A stretch of DNA of 64,000 nucleotides from Octopus sinensis (lineage: Eukaryota): positions 42,532,001 through 42,596,000 of the forward strand of contig NC_042998.1 in NCBI RefSeq assembly GCF_006345805.1, in the 5' to 3' direction. Shown piece by piece: positions 36,451 to 52,939 of this stretch. Position 1 is the first letter of the stretch; each line of letters starts with the position of its first letter. The notes beneath the pieces were generated by a model that had not been told where the DNA came from, did no database searches, and saw only the letters and a list, made by a program, of their open reading frames with translations. Both the position numbers and the translations under genes were made by a program.

Positions 36451-37734
36451 ACTATAATCAGTGGAGGACTTGCAAGTTGACGATATAATCGTCAGTTTTA
36501 TAGTGCTGTCACGTGTGAGCTTTTTCCTTCTGTACCCCATCTTTATAGCTCTGACATAATTGTAGTACCGTTGACAAATGACGAACTGACAATCTCTCAG
36601 TTTATTGCCTGATTATTCAAAGATCAACAGCTCAGCCATTCGTCTTCGCTCACTGGACGAATGTAACTAAAGAAATAATCTAATACAGATAACTTGACAG
36701 ATTAAATGTATGACGAAAAACATCAAAAGAAGACGCCGCAATGTAGCTTAGCTAATATCGATTCAAATGATACAGTTAGATGCCGTGTTCTTAGAAAAAA
36801 TATAGTAATTTTCTCCACAGCGATCAAGTAAAATTGCTATCATGTAAAACTACTGCCAACGGGAGAGCTTAAATCCAGACTAATGATGTGGTCATGTGGT
36901 CGCTTGACCAGCTAGAAACAGTAGCCAAATCTCAGTGAAATTCCACCTTATCATTTTAAAAAAGGAAGCACACATTAGCTGGCACAATCCTGGATACGCT
37001 ATGCTCAAAGAAAAAAAATAATAATAATGATGGGTTGGTCACACCAGGTTCGCCGATTGAATGAAGAAATGAAGTGATTATATTCTTAGAAGCTGCCTCA
37101 CAGAAGTGCTACATGTTGGAAACTAGATATTGAAGTAGCACTCTGCCTGTCAAATTAAAACGTAGTTATGGAATATAATTTTCATCTGTACAGAAAACAC
37201 GTTTGGTTTCTAACTTTTCAACATAACTACAATAAAAACAAAAACAAAATTAAAAGCAAATATGCAGGCACACATGATTCTATTATCTTGGACTTCAAGA
37301 GCCTGGATATACTTTCCCAGCATCTGTAAATGAATTATATACCAATTAAGAGACAACATTTACACGAAAGATACATTTAAATAAATTCATATGCAGCTGT
37401 ATGCATAATTTCGATTCTCTCGCTTTCATAATAGACTAATTTTAAGAAATAAATGCAGAATTCTGCTGCATGATTCACAATTTTTAAAATTGAAATAAAA
37501 CTCCACAATTATGGTCGGTAAGTAGTGTTAATATATTTAATGCAACAAGCATTAAAAAGCAAATTAGAGAAGAAAAATAACGATATTAGTCAACAGCCAA
37601 CATTATTTTTTATTTCACCGACAAGTATGGTAGACAATTCTGGTCATTTTTCAATTTTATTCTAATCTCAACAGCGAAACTGAGAAAAACACTATGTATG
37701 GATTACTGTGTGTTTGTTGACATGGGAATATATT

Positions 37735-38202
37735 ATAATGGAAGACAAGGTTTACGATATCGGAAGAATATCGTCTCCTTCCATCATCCTTTTGTTCTTC
37801 GTGTAGTTCAGGCTTCCAGCAGGCGAAGAGAGAAAAGTTCAAGTACAAATGCTATTTACAACTGGTTTATTTACAGGATAGGTGAAGTGTGCTGTTCTCA
37901 GCTATCATCTTTAGCTGTGTGCGTTGTGTAGTAGCTCCGTTAGTGCGGGCGCATTGCCTCTGGAGATACGCCTGCAGAAAGCCTCAGTCAGTGGTGGTGT
38001 TCAGCCAGCGCTGCTGTGAGGTGGCGCCAAAAAGAGAGAGTTCTAATTCGGGTTTTCCCTTTATATAGTTTTCCATTGTGAGCCTCGTTGTGATCTCGCG
38101 CATGGCAAATGGATGCAGGTGAGGTCTCGCTCCAATCTCGGAGATGGAAATAGTTGCCCCGAGATCTCATCCAATATGGCACTGACTGCTTGTGCCGCTA
38201 CA
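37735..38202 (-). mobile_element. LTR-like element copy B (TGTAG..CTACA core at 37802-38202 plus tail)
   Basis: Homologous to 13966-14728; flanked by ATATATT at 37728-37734 and 38203-38209. Confidence 0.75.
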
Positions 38203-40094
38203 ATATATTTCGGAGATGTACTAATCATGCAAGTAATTTGATCTGAGACCATGTGGGGAAACGAAAATGATGGTTGTATGGAAGACACATATTAGCCGTG
38301 CAAAAATACATAAAAGCTATTAATTTCACTTAAAAATTTATTATTTGTTATTTGGAGCCAGCATTTTCATTCCATGAACTACGACCTGGTCACTGGCAGG
38401 AATATATAATTGTTTATAAACAAGGAAAGTAAATGCTTTTTTTAAAAATCTTTTAATCAAGTAGGGATGAAAGCATTGCCCATGACCTTTACAACGCTTC
38501 CAAGATTTATGGGTAGAATGGAAAGAAAACTTGCAGCAGAGCGGACTCCATGAAAGGTACTGATGGTGCCAGGTGGCGGTGCTGAAACAGAACAATAAGA
38601 ACCGGAACAAAAACTACAAGGCATTTAGTCTTACTACATTGTTATTGTTTTATCAATCAACTGCCCTGAATTGATGCTTTTCATATCGACCCCAAAAGAA
38701 TGAAAGGTAAAGTTGATTCGGTGGGTTTTGAATCCAAAGCACTGACAGTCGGAACATATACCTCGAGATCTTCTTTCTTCTCTATGAGTAAAACAAGAGT
38801 ATGTTTTCATTTGCCTGACAACTACAGGAACAACCAGGGACACGTTTCAGTTTTATTTCCCCCCTTGTCAAAGAATTACTGAAGTAGTGAAGGAAAGGAT
38901 CAGGAAGTAAATCCCAGCATACTCTTCGTTGCAAGGTTCAAGCCAGCAATTTTGAGGGACGGAGGCAAGTCGATTACTTCTAAATCTCGAAGGGATGAAA
39001 GGTAAAGTTGACCTCGGAGGCAGTTGAGCTCAGAACGTAAAGACCCAGAAGAAATGCCACTAAACATTTTAAGTGACGTGTTAACAATTCTGCCAGATCG
39101 CCGCCTCTATTTAATATCAAATCAACTCTAGTTTTAAGCGAGTAAAGTTGCTTCTCAAAGGATTGTCTTTTTCTTTAGAGCTTGAAAAGGCCTCAACACA
39201 CAACGCAATGTACAAGTGAACCGCACATGACAGAAATCTCCTCGCGTGTGGTTGCTATCTAAGGTTATCAGAGTTTGTCAGGAGAAGCATTTGTAAAGGT
39301 TTGGAAGGGTTTATTTGTATGTTCTTCACTAATTATGAAACTATAGTGTTGTAAATGTTTTCTTGTAATATATAGTAATTGCTTATTGGTGTTTTTGAAG
39401 GAAATTGGCTTGCTATATTCAATTAGCAAGGTATTTTCAATGTCTTAGGTGGGGAATGAAATGTAATCTAGAAGAGAGAAGTACGTAGAGAGAGGAGAGA
39501 TCGCATAACTGTAGAAATGTCTGCTGATTTCTACAGTTGTAGAAATTTCTACATGGTATACAAAAAAAAAAAAAAAAATCGGAAATGAGAATAACCTTTT
39601 CTAGAAGTATTTTGTATGGAGATCACCTTTCTTTCTGTGACCCTCTAGTTTCTCGTAAATTACCATTTTACTTTCATTAAATTCACTGTTGGTTCTGTAA
39701 GAATTAAGTGCAAACAGGATTGGGCCGAAACTGACAACTCTAAAAGTTATGAAGTATGGCAAAGTTTAAGTATCGACAGAAACATACAAGTAGAGAGCTA
39801 TCGCTATTGTAGTGAAAGTTGTATTTGACCAAACATGAACCTGGTTTAGAAAGTAACTTTGCAGTTATATTTTTAAAAGGAAGGAACGTGGGGTTTCTAT
39901 GTACAGAATCGAATAGAAATGTTAAAAAAAGAAAAACAGGAAATAAAGATCTTTTGTTTGATGGGGAGTTACTGATTGTGTTAAGAAAGAAGATTCGTCT
40001 AAAATTATTTTATAATTTATTATCCTTATTATTCCTATGACATTTCGTCAACTTTTCGAACTTGAAATGTTTTCTTTAATTCCGGTTCTTCATT

Positions 40095-40325
40095 TGATGG
40101 TGGTAGTGGTGGTGGTACAAGTGGTGGTGGTGGTGGAAGCTGCGGTGGGGGCTGTGGTGGTTGTGGTGGCGGCGGTGATGGTTATAATGATGATGATGAT
40201 GAAAATGAGAATGATGGTGATGATGACGATGATGATGAGGAGGAGGAGGAGGGGGAGGAGGAGAAGGAGGAAGGAGGAAGTCGATGACGACGATGTTGAT
40301 GACAATGATAATGATAATGACAATA
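40095..40325. repeat. mosaic trinucleotide repeat (GGT/GAT/GAG/GAC)
   Basis: Direct reading. Confidence 0.95.
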
Positions 40326-40783
40326 GTGATGTATGTATATGAGAAAAATGTTGTGAGGAGCAGGTAGTGATAGATAGTATAAAAATCAACCGGCATTGCA
40401 TGAAGATATCATCGAATAGACCAATAGAATTAAAGAAATTGAATAAAAATAAAACAAACAGATTCATGTTAAAGACATCACGAAAATACATTTGGAGCGC
40501 TAATGGTAACAAGTACCAAAATTTCAACAAGGTAAAAAAAGAAAGAATGTAATTTCAGACAAGTTTTTTTTTATATATTTTTATTTCTGTTATTGATTTG
40601 TGATATATTCAGCAATGGTAAATACAAGTAGAACTACGCTTCACCAAGAAGTATATCACCATTAAGCATGATAATTCTCATTTAAGTATGTATTTAATAT
40701 GCGGAAGACAACCTCGGCATATTCTGCCGTGTCATTATTTTAAATTGCGTAACCAGTTAATGTTTTTCACTCAGAACGCTCTC

Positions 40784-40817
<34 letters not shown>

Positions 40818-40924
40818 CAGTTTTTGTGATATCTTCGCTGCTCGTTTACTAAAGCATATTACGCAACCTCCGGTATTCGAGTACTATTTTTTCCACCTTG
40901 TTTTGCATTTATGTGCTTCCTCTG

Positions 40925-40958
<34 letters not shown>

Positions 40959-41117
40959 GGGTGTGTGTGATTGTGTATAGAAGGATATATTGATAAAAGG
41001 AATTCCAACCTTGTCTGATTTTCACGTTTTATTTACAATCTTATAATGATATAATATAAGATAATATAATAAAATAAAATAAAATAAAATAATAGAATGT
41101 TAAATGTTCATTCTGAT

Positions 41118-41162
41118 TGAACTAGTACTTTCATGCATTAAATTATGCAATCTTCAGGTTCA
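41118..41162 (-). ncRNA. minimal type I hammerhead ribozyme motif in 3' pseudo-LTR
   Basis: TGAAC-CTGAAGA-T-TGCAT(AATTTA)ATGCA-T-GAA-AGTACT-A-GTTCA: 5-bp stem I, core, stem II, palindromic stem III. Confidence 0.85.
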
Positions 41163-41440
41163 TGTAGTAGTGGTGACAGTCATGCTTCACAATTTTTTAC
41201 TGTAGCGCGATGGTTAAATCTGTGCCTTAAATACAGCTGTGTGGACTCCAGATTGCTAGGTTTTGCAAACTGTATTCTGACCAATCAGTGTGTAGCATCA
41301 CTCAATTACTTAAGTTGATTGGTTGGTTTAGGCGTCACGCATTGTTGAACATGTCAAGAGTCCTGTATCTTAACACTTGCCGAGGCAGCAATTGTTGGGC
41401 TATTTTTAGAAATGTTGTAAATAGCCTTTGTCAGGGATTT

Positions 41441-42694
41441 TTATATTTCAATTGTCATCATCATCATTGTCAGCACCTTAATTATTGTTGCTAGTGGTGA
41501 TGGTGGTGGCAATAGAACTTTTAACCCTAAATAAGATAATTCATCTTGATCACCTTTTGCATTGTTGTTGTTGTTCCTCTCGATTTCACTTGGGCTGTGT
41601 AATTTGTAGAATGGAAATATTATATATATTTTCAGACCACATGTTGCTAGGTGGTTACTCAAAGGTATCTGACGGACCTCTGGGTCTCTAATCTGTTGTC
41701 GGTGTACACGTGAGCGTTCTGATAGTGCATTTCCCGTCTGACCTACATATATTTCTTCACAATTTGGGCATTTTATGCAGTAAATTAAATTTCTGCTTTT
41801 GCAGTTCATATTCGCGTTTGTGAATATTTTCCCGGTTTTTGTGTTTATATATTGGCCGGTATGTATGAATTGGCATGTGCCACATTGGCTATCATTGCAT
41901 TTAGATACAGTGAATGTTTGGTCTTTGTTGTTAAGGTCAAATTTTGCCTTTGTTAGTAATTTTTTCAAGTTTTTAGGCTGTCTTTTACTAAGAACCATAG
42001 CTCGATCCGTGATTATATCTTTTAATTCATTACTTTGAGCAATGATTGGTAGGTTTGCTTTGGCAATGTTGAATATATTCTGGTGATATGGGTTGTGTGT
42101 CACTATGAATGGTATGACTTGTTCTTGTTTTCCTCTTCCTTGGGTTGTCCTAAGTTGTTGTATGGGTATTTTTATAGCCCGCTGTATGCCATTTTCTATA
42201 AGTAGAGATGGGTATTTTTGTTTGAGCAAAAATTCTCTTAGTTCTGTTAGGCATTTGTTCCTAATATTTGCATCTTCTACAATGGTGCAAATTCTTCTGG
42301 CTAGGCAGTATGGGATGATGCGTTTTGTATGTGGTGGATGGCACGACTTAAAATGCAGGTATTGATGTGTGTCTGTGTGTTTATAGTATATATCTGTGGT
42401 GATGGTGGTGTCCCTTTTAATTACCATTATATCTAGGAATGGTAATTTGGTACTGCTCATCTCCTTTGTAAATTGGAGAGATGGGTGTAGGTTGTTCAGG
42501 AGGATATTGAACTCTTCCAGAGTATTTAGAGATTCTGTCCAGATTATGAAGCAGTCGTCAAGGTATCTCTTCCATGCCTTTTCAATATACTTTCTAAATC
42601 CAGTGCCATAATTTACCTCCACCTCTTGGTTGAGTTGTTGTTCTAAGTATCCCATTACAGAGTTGGCGTAAACGGGAGCAAACTTCGTTTCCAT
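41441..42694 (-). pseudogene. Penelope RT C-half + GIY-YIG endonuclease reading frame (frameshifted continuation to about 42985)
   Basis: 417-codon ORF; the last about 45 codons are unrelated low-complexity sequence. Confidence 0.9.
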
Positions 42695-43265
42695 CGCTGT
42701 GCCTCTAATTTGGATGTATTCTTTCCACTGAAGAAGAATGTGTTGTTTTCTAGAATAAGTTTGTGTCTAATATAAATGGCACTGTGAATCTGCTGGGAAT
42801 CACTTCTCTATGTTTTTCTAACCAGTATTTAATCGCCTTTATTCCTAAATCGTGTGGAATATTGGTGTAGAGGCTTACCACATCAAAACTTAGTAAAACT
42901 GAATTGTTTCTGTTGTTTTGGGAAGATGGGACAGGAAGTCGATGTCATCCCTGATGAAACTGGGTATGTAAGTACATAGTCTTACACTATGTACTTACAT
43001 ACCCAGTTTACAACATTTCTAAAAATAGCCCAACAATTGCTGCCTCGGCAATGGTTAAGATACAGGACTCTTGACATGTTCAACAAAGCGTGACACCTAA
43101 ACCAACCAATCAACTTAAGTAATTGAGTGATGCTACACACTGATTGGTCAGAATACAGTTTGCAAAACCTAGCAATCTGGAGCCCACACAGCTGTATTTA
43201 AGGCACAGATTTAACCATCTCGCTACAGTAAAACATTGTGAAGCATGACTGTCACCACTACTACA

Positions 43266-43310
43266 TGAACCTGAAGATTGCATAATTTAATGCATGAAAG
43301 TACTAGTTCA
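43266..43310 (+). ncRNA. minimal type I hammerhead ribozyme motif in inverted pseudo-LTR
   Basis: Identical to the 41118-41162 motif. Confidence 0.85.
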
Positions 43311-43435
43311 ATCAGAATGAACATTTAACATTCTAGTATTTTATTTTATTTTATTATATTGTCTTATATTATATCATTATAAGATTGTAAATAAAACGTG
43401 AAAATCAGACAAGGTTGGAATTCCTTTTATTAATA

Positions 43436-43500
<65 letters not shown>

Positions 43501-43789
43501 TACATACAAACATACACATATATACTTCAGGCAGTACTACAATTAGTGCTCAGGCTGACTAGCTGCCAAAAACTCCAACTTGAACTGCAACTAAAAAGCA
43601 GAGATGTTATAGCTATCACTGACGACTGGCTATTTGGTTTGGGTTGGAACAGGTACGTGTATAACAGAATAAAAAAATTCCTTACGATCTATACTCATGT
43701 AACAAATCAACGATCCATGTTTTCATACACAAATGTCACAATCTAACCTGATACCAGTTGTTGGCTTGTTTATCAATTTATTATCATTA

Positions 43790-44200
43790 TTATTATTTTT
43801 ATTATTGAGTGAGACAGCAGTGCATGCTATCAAAGTGACACTGGGGTATAATTATACGAAGCTCAATATACCCATCATGTCTACCCGTCTGATAGGAGTA
43901 CACCAGACACATGCATCACAACCACATGTGCATGGCATGGTGATCTTATATCAAAATAAACAGCACGTGACCTTGCACGTGACCTTGCAGGTTGAGTAGC
44001 TCATCCCGCTCAAAAGATCCCTGAATAAGGTTTTTTTAAAGATGATGAACGAAATACCCATGTTTCCAGAGGTGAATTATCCAAACCCCAAAGAATTTCT
44101 CTCAACACATGGCTATGATGCTCCCCCACTACTTCTGCTCGTGATCAGTGATGCACATATCATCAGCCACTAAAGGACATGCTCAGTTGGTTAAGGTCGA
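43790..44200 (-). mobile_element. further SINE-like repeat with (AAT)n tail
   Basis: Tail at about 43780-43807 with a body distinct from families A, B and D; single copy, family not established from this window. Confidence 0.4.
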
Positions 44201-45584
44201 GCTTGTAGTGCAAGCATGAAATGGATTCGATCCACCGTAGTCAAATTAAAATTAACACTGCAACAGAACTTTTCCCACGGTGGAACAATGGTTTTTCTCT
44301 GACAGCAGTTTTACATTTTTCAGATGCCTTTAGCTAGGCCGAAATAATGTCTTCACCACTTGATCTAAAGAGATTGAAACATGTCTGCAGTTGTCCTCGT
44401 ACTTACTGCTTGTCATTCTAATTTTAACCATTCGACTAAAACTTCAAGATGGTATCCCAGCATGGCCGCAGTCTAATAACTGAAACAACTAAAGGATAAA
44501 AGATTATGGTTTTCTGAATAGTCACTTTTGTTTTGACAAACTTTTATCATTAACGTCAAAGATTTTTTGTTTTCATTTGAAAATCTTTTTTCGCGGGTGA
44601 CTTACTACGTTGAATATGTGAATACTCGTTTCTTTATATGTTCTTCATGCCAAAGACGCCCATAGGAAATTTTCTAATCCATACTGTCCTATTGTGGTTT
44701 TTCTACAAAATTTGTTGTTGAAGAAAACTAATTCTAGTTTCATTATCCTATATTATATAACGGCGGTCTGTTATTTTTTATATTTAGTAAAACCATAATT
44801 TGAAAAATGAAACCAAAAATAATTATCGATAAAATATATACTGGCATGGCGATGGATGTAATGGATATTTTTATTCATTTTTGTTTGCATCGAAATGGAT
44901 AATAATTATCAGGCTGGTAGAGATTTTAATTACCTCATGTTGCGAGAGTTCTAACATCGCTGAACCATTTCTAATATGAAGGAGACTAATGCTGTGTATT
45001 CTAATTAATGTAAAGCAATTTTGTTTCTCCACGTGAGCTTTTATTTTACATCAATATAAAACATGTGAAAGTTTCTAATGTAAGATTTATGACATCACAA
45101 TTGTACCTGTGCAAATCGTGAGCGTCACGATTCCTAATGCTTTGTTTTAAAATAATTGGAAATGATCCATCTGAAGCGGAAGCCAAATTCTTTAGCAAGC
45201 AACAATCTGACAGCAATTTACGGCTTCCTGGTATAAAGGCAATAAACTAATTAGATGTCTCTCAAAAATTATTTTACAGGGAAGTTTTAAAGTGAACTGT
45301 CTCCTTCAGCATTTGAACGATTCTTCCATAGTGCATTTGTGAAACACAATGGTAACAGATCGATTGTAACATCCTAAAAAATATTTTATTTATGTCAATT
45401 ATAAGTCACATCTTGATTTATACCATTCTTGACTCAGAATTACTTCCTCGAGTAAATTATCCATCCAGAAAGACTGTATGGCTTTAGACTGATTCGTTAT
45501 TCTGAAGATATAGTTTTCATTCTTTATAACAAAATGATAGAGAACAAATGAAGAACCCACATCTTTGTTTATTGTTTATCAAGC

Positions 45585-46165
45585 GCCGAATTGTAAGGCG
45601 TCGAGTTGGCGGAGTCGTTAGCACTCCGAGCGAAAGGCTTAGCGGCATTTCGTCCGTCTACATGTTCTGAGTTCAAATTCCGTCGAGGTCGACTTTGCCT
45701 TTTATCCTTTCGGGGTCGATAAAATAAGAACCAGGACGAAATGTGGCTAACGTTTCTTATTTCTTTATTGCGCACAGTGAGCTAAACATAGAGGGGACAA
45801 ACAAGGACAGACAAAGGGATTAAGTCGCTTACGTCGACCCCAGTGCCTAACTGGTACTTATTTAATCGACCCCGGAAGGATGAAAGGCAAAGTCGTCTCG
45901 ACGGAATTTGAACTCAGAACGTAGCGGCAGACGAAATACCCATTTCTTTACTAACCACAAGGGGCTAAACACAGAGAGGACAAACAAGGACAGACAAATG
46001 GATTAAGTCGATTATATCGACCCCAGTGCGTAACTGGTACTTATTTAATCGACCCCGAAAGGATGAAAGGCAAAGTCGACCACGCGGAATTTGAACTCAG
46101 AACGTAATGGCAGACGAAATACAGCTACGCATTTCGCCGGCTAACGTTTCTGCCAGCTCTCCGTC
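45585..46165. mobile_element. SINE family B cluster: + copy abutting a minus-strand tandem dimer
   Basis: Homology to 1921-2155; dimer junction at GACGAAATACC|CATTTCTTT. Confidence 0.8.
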
Positions 46166-46293
46166 TTAGTACATTAATTGCCTAATAATTTAATGCACAT
46201 TTTTCTCTTCAGTAAAATCCCATAAAATCAAAAGCCATGAGAGCCACTGCCTGGTACTGCACCAAGGCATTTGCTATTATTATTATTATAATA

Positions 46294-46354
<61 letters not shown>

Positions 46355-47034
46355 GACTTTGCACATCTTCTAACACTGGAGATGTATTACAGTGTCAGCT
46401 GTTCACTACCATGAAGTAAGGTAACACCCCTTATTTTTGGAGCACCTTCCGTTGAATTTTTGAATTTCTGAATTCAGTTGTGTTATTGCAATAAAAGGTG
46501 TGTTTACGTATTTGGGTAATGTATTAAAGTTTTTAAGTTTTCTTGAGATGTTCGTTTGTCTGTCCAGTTGGAGAATATAGTAGGACTTTTGCAATGAAAA
46601 GGATGTTTACGTTTTCGAATGTTCAGAGAGAGAAGAAAGGATAAGTATTCACACAGTAGTTGTAGATATCAAAGGTTTTTTTTTTTTTTAAAGCTGATCT
46701 TTTGTGTGTTCGAAAGCTGTAGGTATGTAAGTTTTCTAACTTATTTTATTTTGAGGGAGATTTAAAATATTCACAGGAAATTGCAGATATTTCAGTCTTT
46801 GGGTATTCTAGGAGGAAGAGATGTTCACCTTGTTGGATTTTTGAATTTCTGAATTTCTTTTGGAATTTTTATTTTCTTTTTAAAAGTTTTGCAGTAGTTT
46901 ACAGTTTTTGTAGTCGTGCAGTATGTATATATTGGCAGCTGCTTATTTCCTTAATTTTTTATCGTGCATTTAATTGTGTTGTTACAATAAAAGGCATGTT
47001 TACATATTCTGTTAGTCAAAGAAGAAGGGAAGAC

Positions 47035-47091
<57 letters not shown>

Positions 47092-49509
47092 TTGTCTTCC
47101 CTTCTTCCCTGATTATTATTATTATTACTATTTTTATTATTATCATTATTTTTATTATTATTATTGTATATGGAGTACCAAGTCACAGAAATATTAGACG
47201 TATAATGACATATCATTATGATTATTTACTTCAGTTTATTTATATCTGTTTTTGTTTTTGGATTAGATTTGAACTTCCGCTGTTCCAAGACTAATCCAAT
47301 ACATTGTAAACAGTTAATTGCTGCAAACATAATATTTCCTGTGGCGCAGCTAACAGGGGAACGACTGCTCCCTGCGTGCACACTTTCCAAAATTGGCGCC
47401 TTTTATAAAATCTATAATCAATGAGTTAAAAATTGTTTGGTTTGTGTCACAGCATCCGCTTTTCTTTTTATGCGCTCGCTCCCCATAACTTTAGATCCTG
47501 GTTACATCATTGAAGCATTCTACTAACTTTTTTGCGGTTATAATCTATTATTTTTATACTCCGGTAGGTAAGTTTATTACTTGCTCTCACTGCATCACCC
47601 AGACACATTTCTGTGTAGTTGAACGGGAACAACGTTTTGTTTTGGATTCAGATTTTCTGTTGTTCTAGAAGTGTTCTGCGTAAATGGCGAATTGTCTAGT
47701 ACTTACCAAGTCGGGCTTACGTGCATAAGGTCATGAGTTCGAGTCCTTGTCCGATCAGCGCGTTGTGTCCTTCATCATGGTGCTACATTTCGCATTTTTC
47801 TTGTCTCCCAGCTGAAAATGAGTATCATCCTAGTGTTGGTGTAGTCTTTTCTCCCATTAGATGTCACCTCTTCGATGTTCTATGAGTCAAAATGTGGGAG
47901 AACTGATAGGTTATCCATATCTCGTGACTGTATAAACACTTAAAGCAAGTAGCAGATGCCTGGTGCATGTTGCCATGTCATATTCACTTGCGAGTTACAG
48001 CTATGGTTACATAATGTCTTCTGTTCTCCGTAGGCTTCTGTATCATGTGTATATTAAAATCCGGTAGTTTTGGCAATGTCATTACCAAGATCTATATTTA
48101 ATAATTCTCAAGGTACCTATTATATTTCTGTTTTTAGACCCCGCCCTCATTTTGGTTATCTGTATTTCCAGATCTCTATATTTGGATATTTTCTCCATTT
48201 CTTTCAGCGATACATTATCCGTTATTGAGACTCATTCTTCACTTAGAAGGTGCGTCGAGGTTATATTTGCTTTTCATCCTTTCGAGGTCGACAAAATAAA
48301 GTACCAGAAAAGTACTGGGATCGAAACCATCGACCAACATCCTCTCTGCGAAATTGCTAACCTTGTGCCTATCTTAGAAACAATTACTATATTTTCATTA
48401 TTGGTCTCTCTTCTTTTTTTCTACAACTTTTTAAGCATCTTATATGAATGTCAAAGCGTTGAAGAGTTAGTGTAAATGACTGGTCGTCGGGACAAATATC
48501 TTCATTTTTTGTAGGCTGGTGGTTCACGTCTGTGTGTACATATTGCGTCAGCAATGTATTTGCTTTTCTTTTAATGACAGTCAATAAAATAAGTAGTGGC
48601 AGTAACACAATTATACTCCCATTACAAAACAAAAAGGTGGGGGAATTGTGAACAAACAAACTAAATCCCTTAATTTTCAGATATTACAATCACACATCAA
48701 TAATAGTCATTTGTTGTCTAAAGTAAAGACTGAACGACTTATTTCGTCATTTTTGTCAGCAGTAGAAAACAAAATACAGCAGCAAACAAATAGGACCATA
48801 AGAATTTAAGCAAATCACTAATCTATAATATATGTTGTCAGCAAACTGTTGGTGGCTTCGAAAGGAAATAACCATGGTTGTCAGCCAACAACAATCTCTC
48901 GCGACAATGGAAAATAATAGTGTATGGTTGTGCTCTATGCGTGTTCGTGTGTGTAGATGTGCGTGCGTACATGCGAGATTATCTATGTAATGTAATGCAA
49001 TGCTATGTAACATATGGATATAATGTAGCTATGTGGGCGTATATTTATGTATGTATGCGTTTATATGAGCGTGTATGTAAATGCATACAGCGGCATCTGA
49101 ATTATCAGCTCAGTATGTTGGTAGGAGTGGTGTATGTATATTTGCATCTATAGACTTGAAAAATAAGTAAATTATAAGTTGGAGAGAAAGAAAAACAGAG
49201 AAAACAGATTTTTCTTTATCTGCATTGTGTCTAGTTTATTGTCTCGATTTAATTGTCTCTGTTGGAAGGCTAGTATCTTTAGAATCTTTGATGCGATACC
49301 ACAGAAAGTTATGTTCAACGCAGTAATGAAACAATTTCTAACAATATCTGCTGGAAAACCGACTGATGCTTGTTTGCCAGAGCAGTATCAGTGAAATTTA
49401 CATTCTACTTATCTACGCAAGTAATGAACTCACAGCGTGAATTTGTACAATCACAACAACATCAGTGAAGATTACAAAATGGCTGCCCTCGAAAATAAGA
49501 ATGCATCCG

Positions 49510-51738
<2,229 letters not shown>

Positions 51739-52898
51739 CGTTTTATTTGTGTATAAATACAAGCATTGTTTAAAAGCCGAGAAAGTTTAGCTGAAAATTT
51801 TCCAAGAAGGAAATTAATATTGGAATACATAAAAATGTTCATTGTTATTTGTTGCCGCAATGTTAAAGACCAATCAGAATTGGATGTAATCGATACTGTG
51901 TCACTGATTGAACTCAACAATTGCCTCCAGAAATGAGAAAAGATGTTAAAATAAAGCATAAGCTGAGTTACTGCATGTTAGGAAGAAATTCTTGTAGAAC
52001 ATATTGTATGCTGAGTAAATTATTTGTGAAGCAATGACAAGTTATGATTCTAATGTATAAAATGACGATTAATAACATATTTATTTCTCGGCTTTGATAA
52101 CAATTATATAACTGTTGGACAACAAACATCAGAGATAAGAAAAAACAATTAACATTTAATCAACAAGACGAAACCCATCATGTTTTAATATGATTTTAAT
52201 AATCTATATATGACACACGTGTCGGGTTGTTACAAATTGAAAATGTATACAAACGAAGGAACATGAATGTAAATGTGTCAATAAATAAATGCTAAATATT
52301 TCAGTCTATAATAATTTTTGCTGTAACGTTGAAACTTATCAAAAGCATATTGCAATGAAATCTGTAAACGTGTGGTTCTTTCTAAAACAAAGTTCGTAAT
52401 ATGTTACGTTGTTATCAGGCCTCTTTAGAAACGAAGACATGAAGCCATTAACAACATGGTCAAAGTGTATTCGGTGTAACGGGGAATAAAATAATTTCTA
52501 ACAAAGGTACAAAGTCACAAATTTTTTTAGGGAGGCATATAGTCATTTATATCATCCTCAGTATTTGATCGTCACCATTCGGATGAAAAGCGTAATCGAC
52601 CCCGATGGGATTTGAAGTCAGAACATAAAGAGTCATAAATAAATAATGCTCTACAAATTCTGCAGCCAACTGCCTAAAGTACAGACTCTGTATCGAAAAC
52701 ATTTTCTTCAAAATATATGCAAAGTATATGTCTCCTACAAAATTTACAGGTAATTATGAGTATGCCGTCTACATATTTGTTCAGATGTCACATGATCGAG
52801 TTGTCTTTACATTTAAGAATTGCAATATAGAAAATTAAAATAAATATATATATTTTTTTTATAAAATCAAAATAGTATGTCATATTTCTTGCGAGATC

Positions 52899-52938
<40 letters not shown>

Positions 52939-52939
52939 T

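Larger units (their letters stand above)
40986..43440 (-). mobile_element. Penelope-like element, 5'-truncated, with inverted pseudo-LTRs (40986-41421 and 43007-43440)
   Basis: RT motifs IPSFIRDDIDFL, SFDVVSLYTNIP, GTAMETKFAP.YAN, RYLDD and GIY-YIG LIYCIKCPNCEEIYVGQT..RSRVH; about 435-bp inverted arms; (TA)n flanks. Confidence 0.95.

Noticed and set aside
39510-39553. GATTTCTACAGTTGTAGAA resembles the Cas12a direct repeat AATTTCTACTGTTGTAGAT
   Set aside because: Single short palindrome cluster, no spacers, no cas genes, eukaryotic context; chance similarity
40037-40552. Poly-V/M/R/H/T ORFs (also 49937-50519, 57885-58268, 8025-8369)
   Set aside because: Translations of microsatellite and trinucleotide mosaics
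46380-47030. Short direct repeats (GTTATTGCAATAAAAGG.., TTTTTGAATTTCTGAATT) in a strand-biased segment
   Set aside because: Probably a decayed LINE remnant with local duplication; too degraded to call
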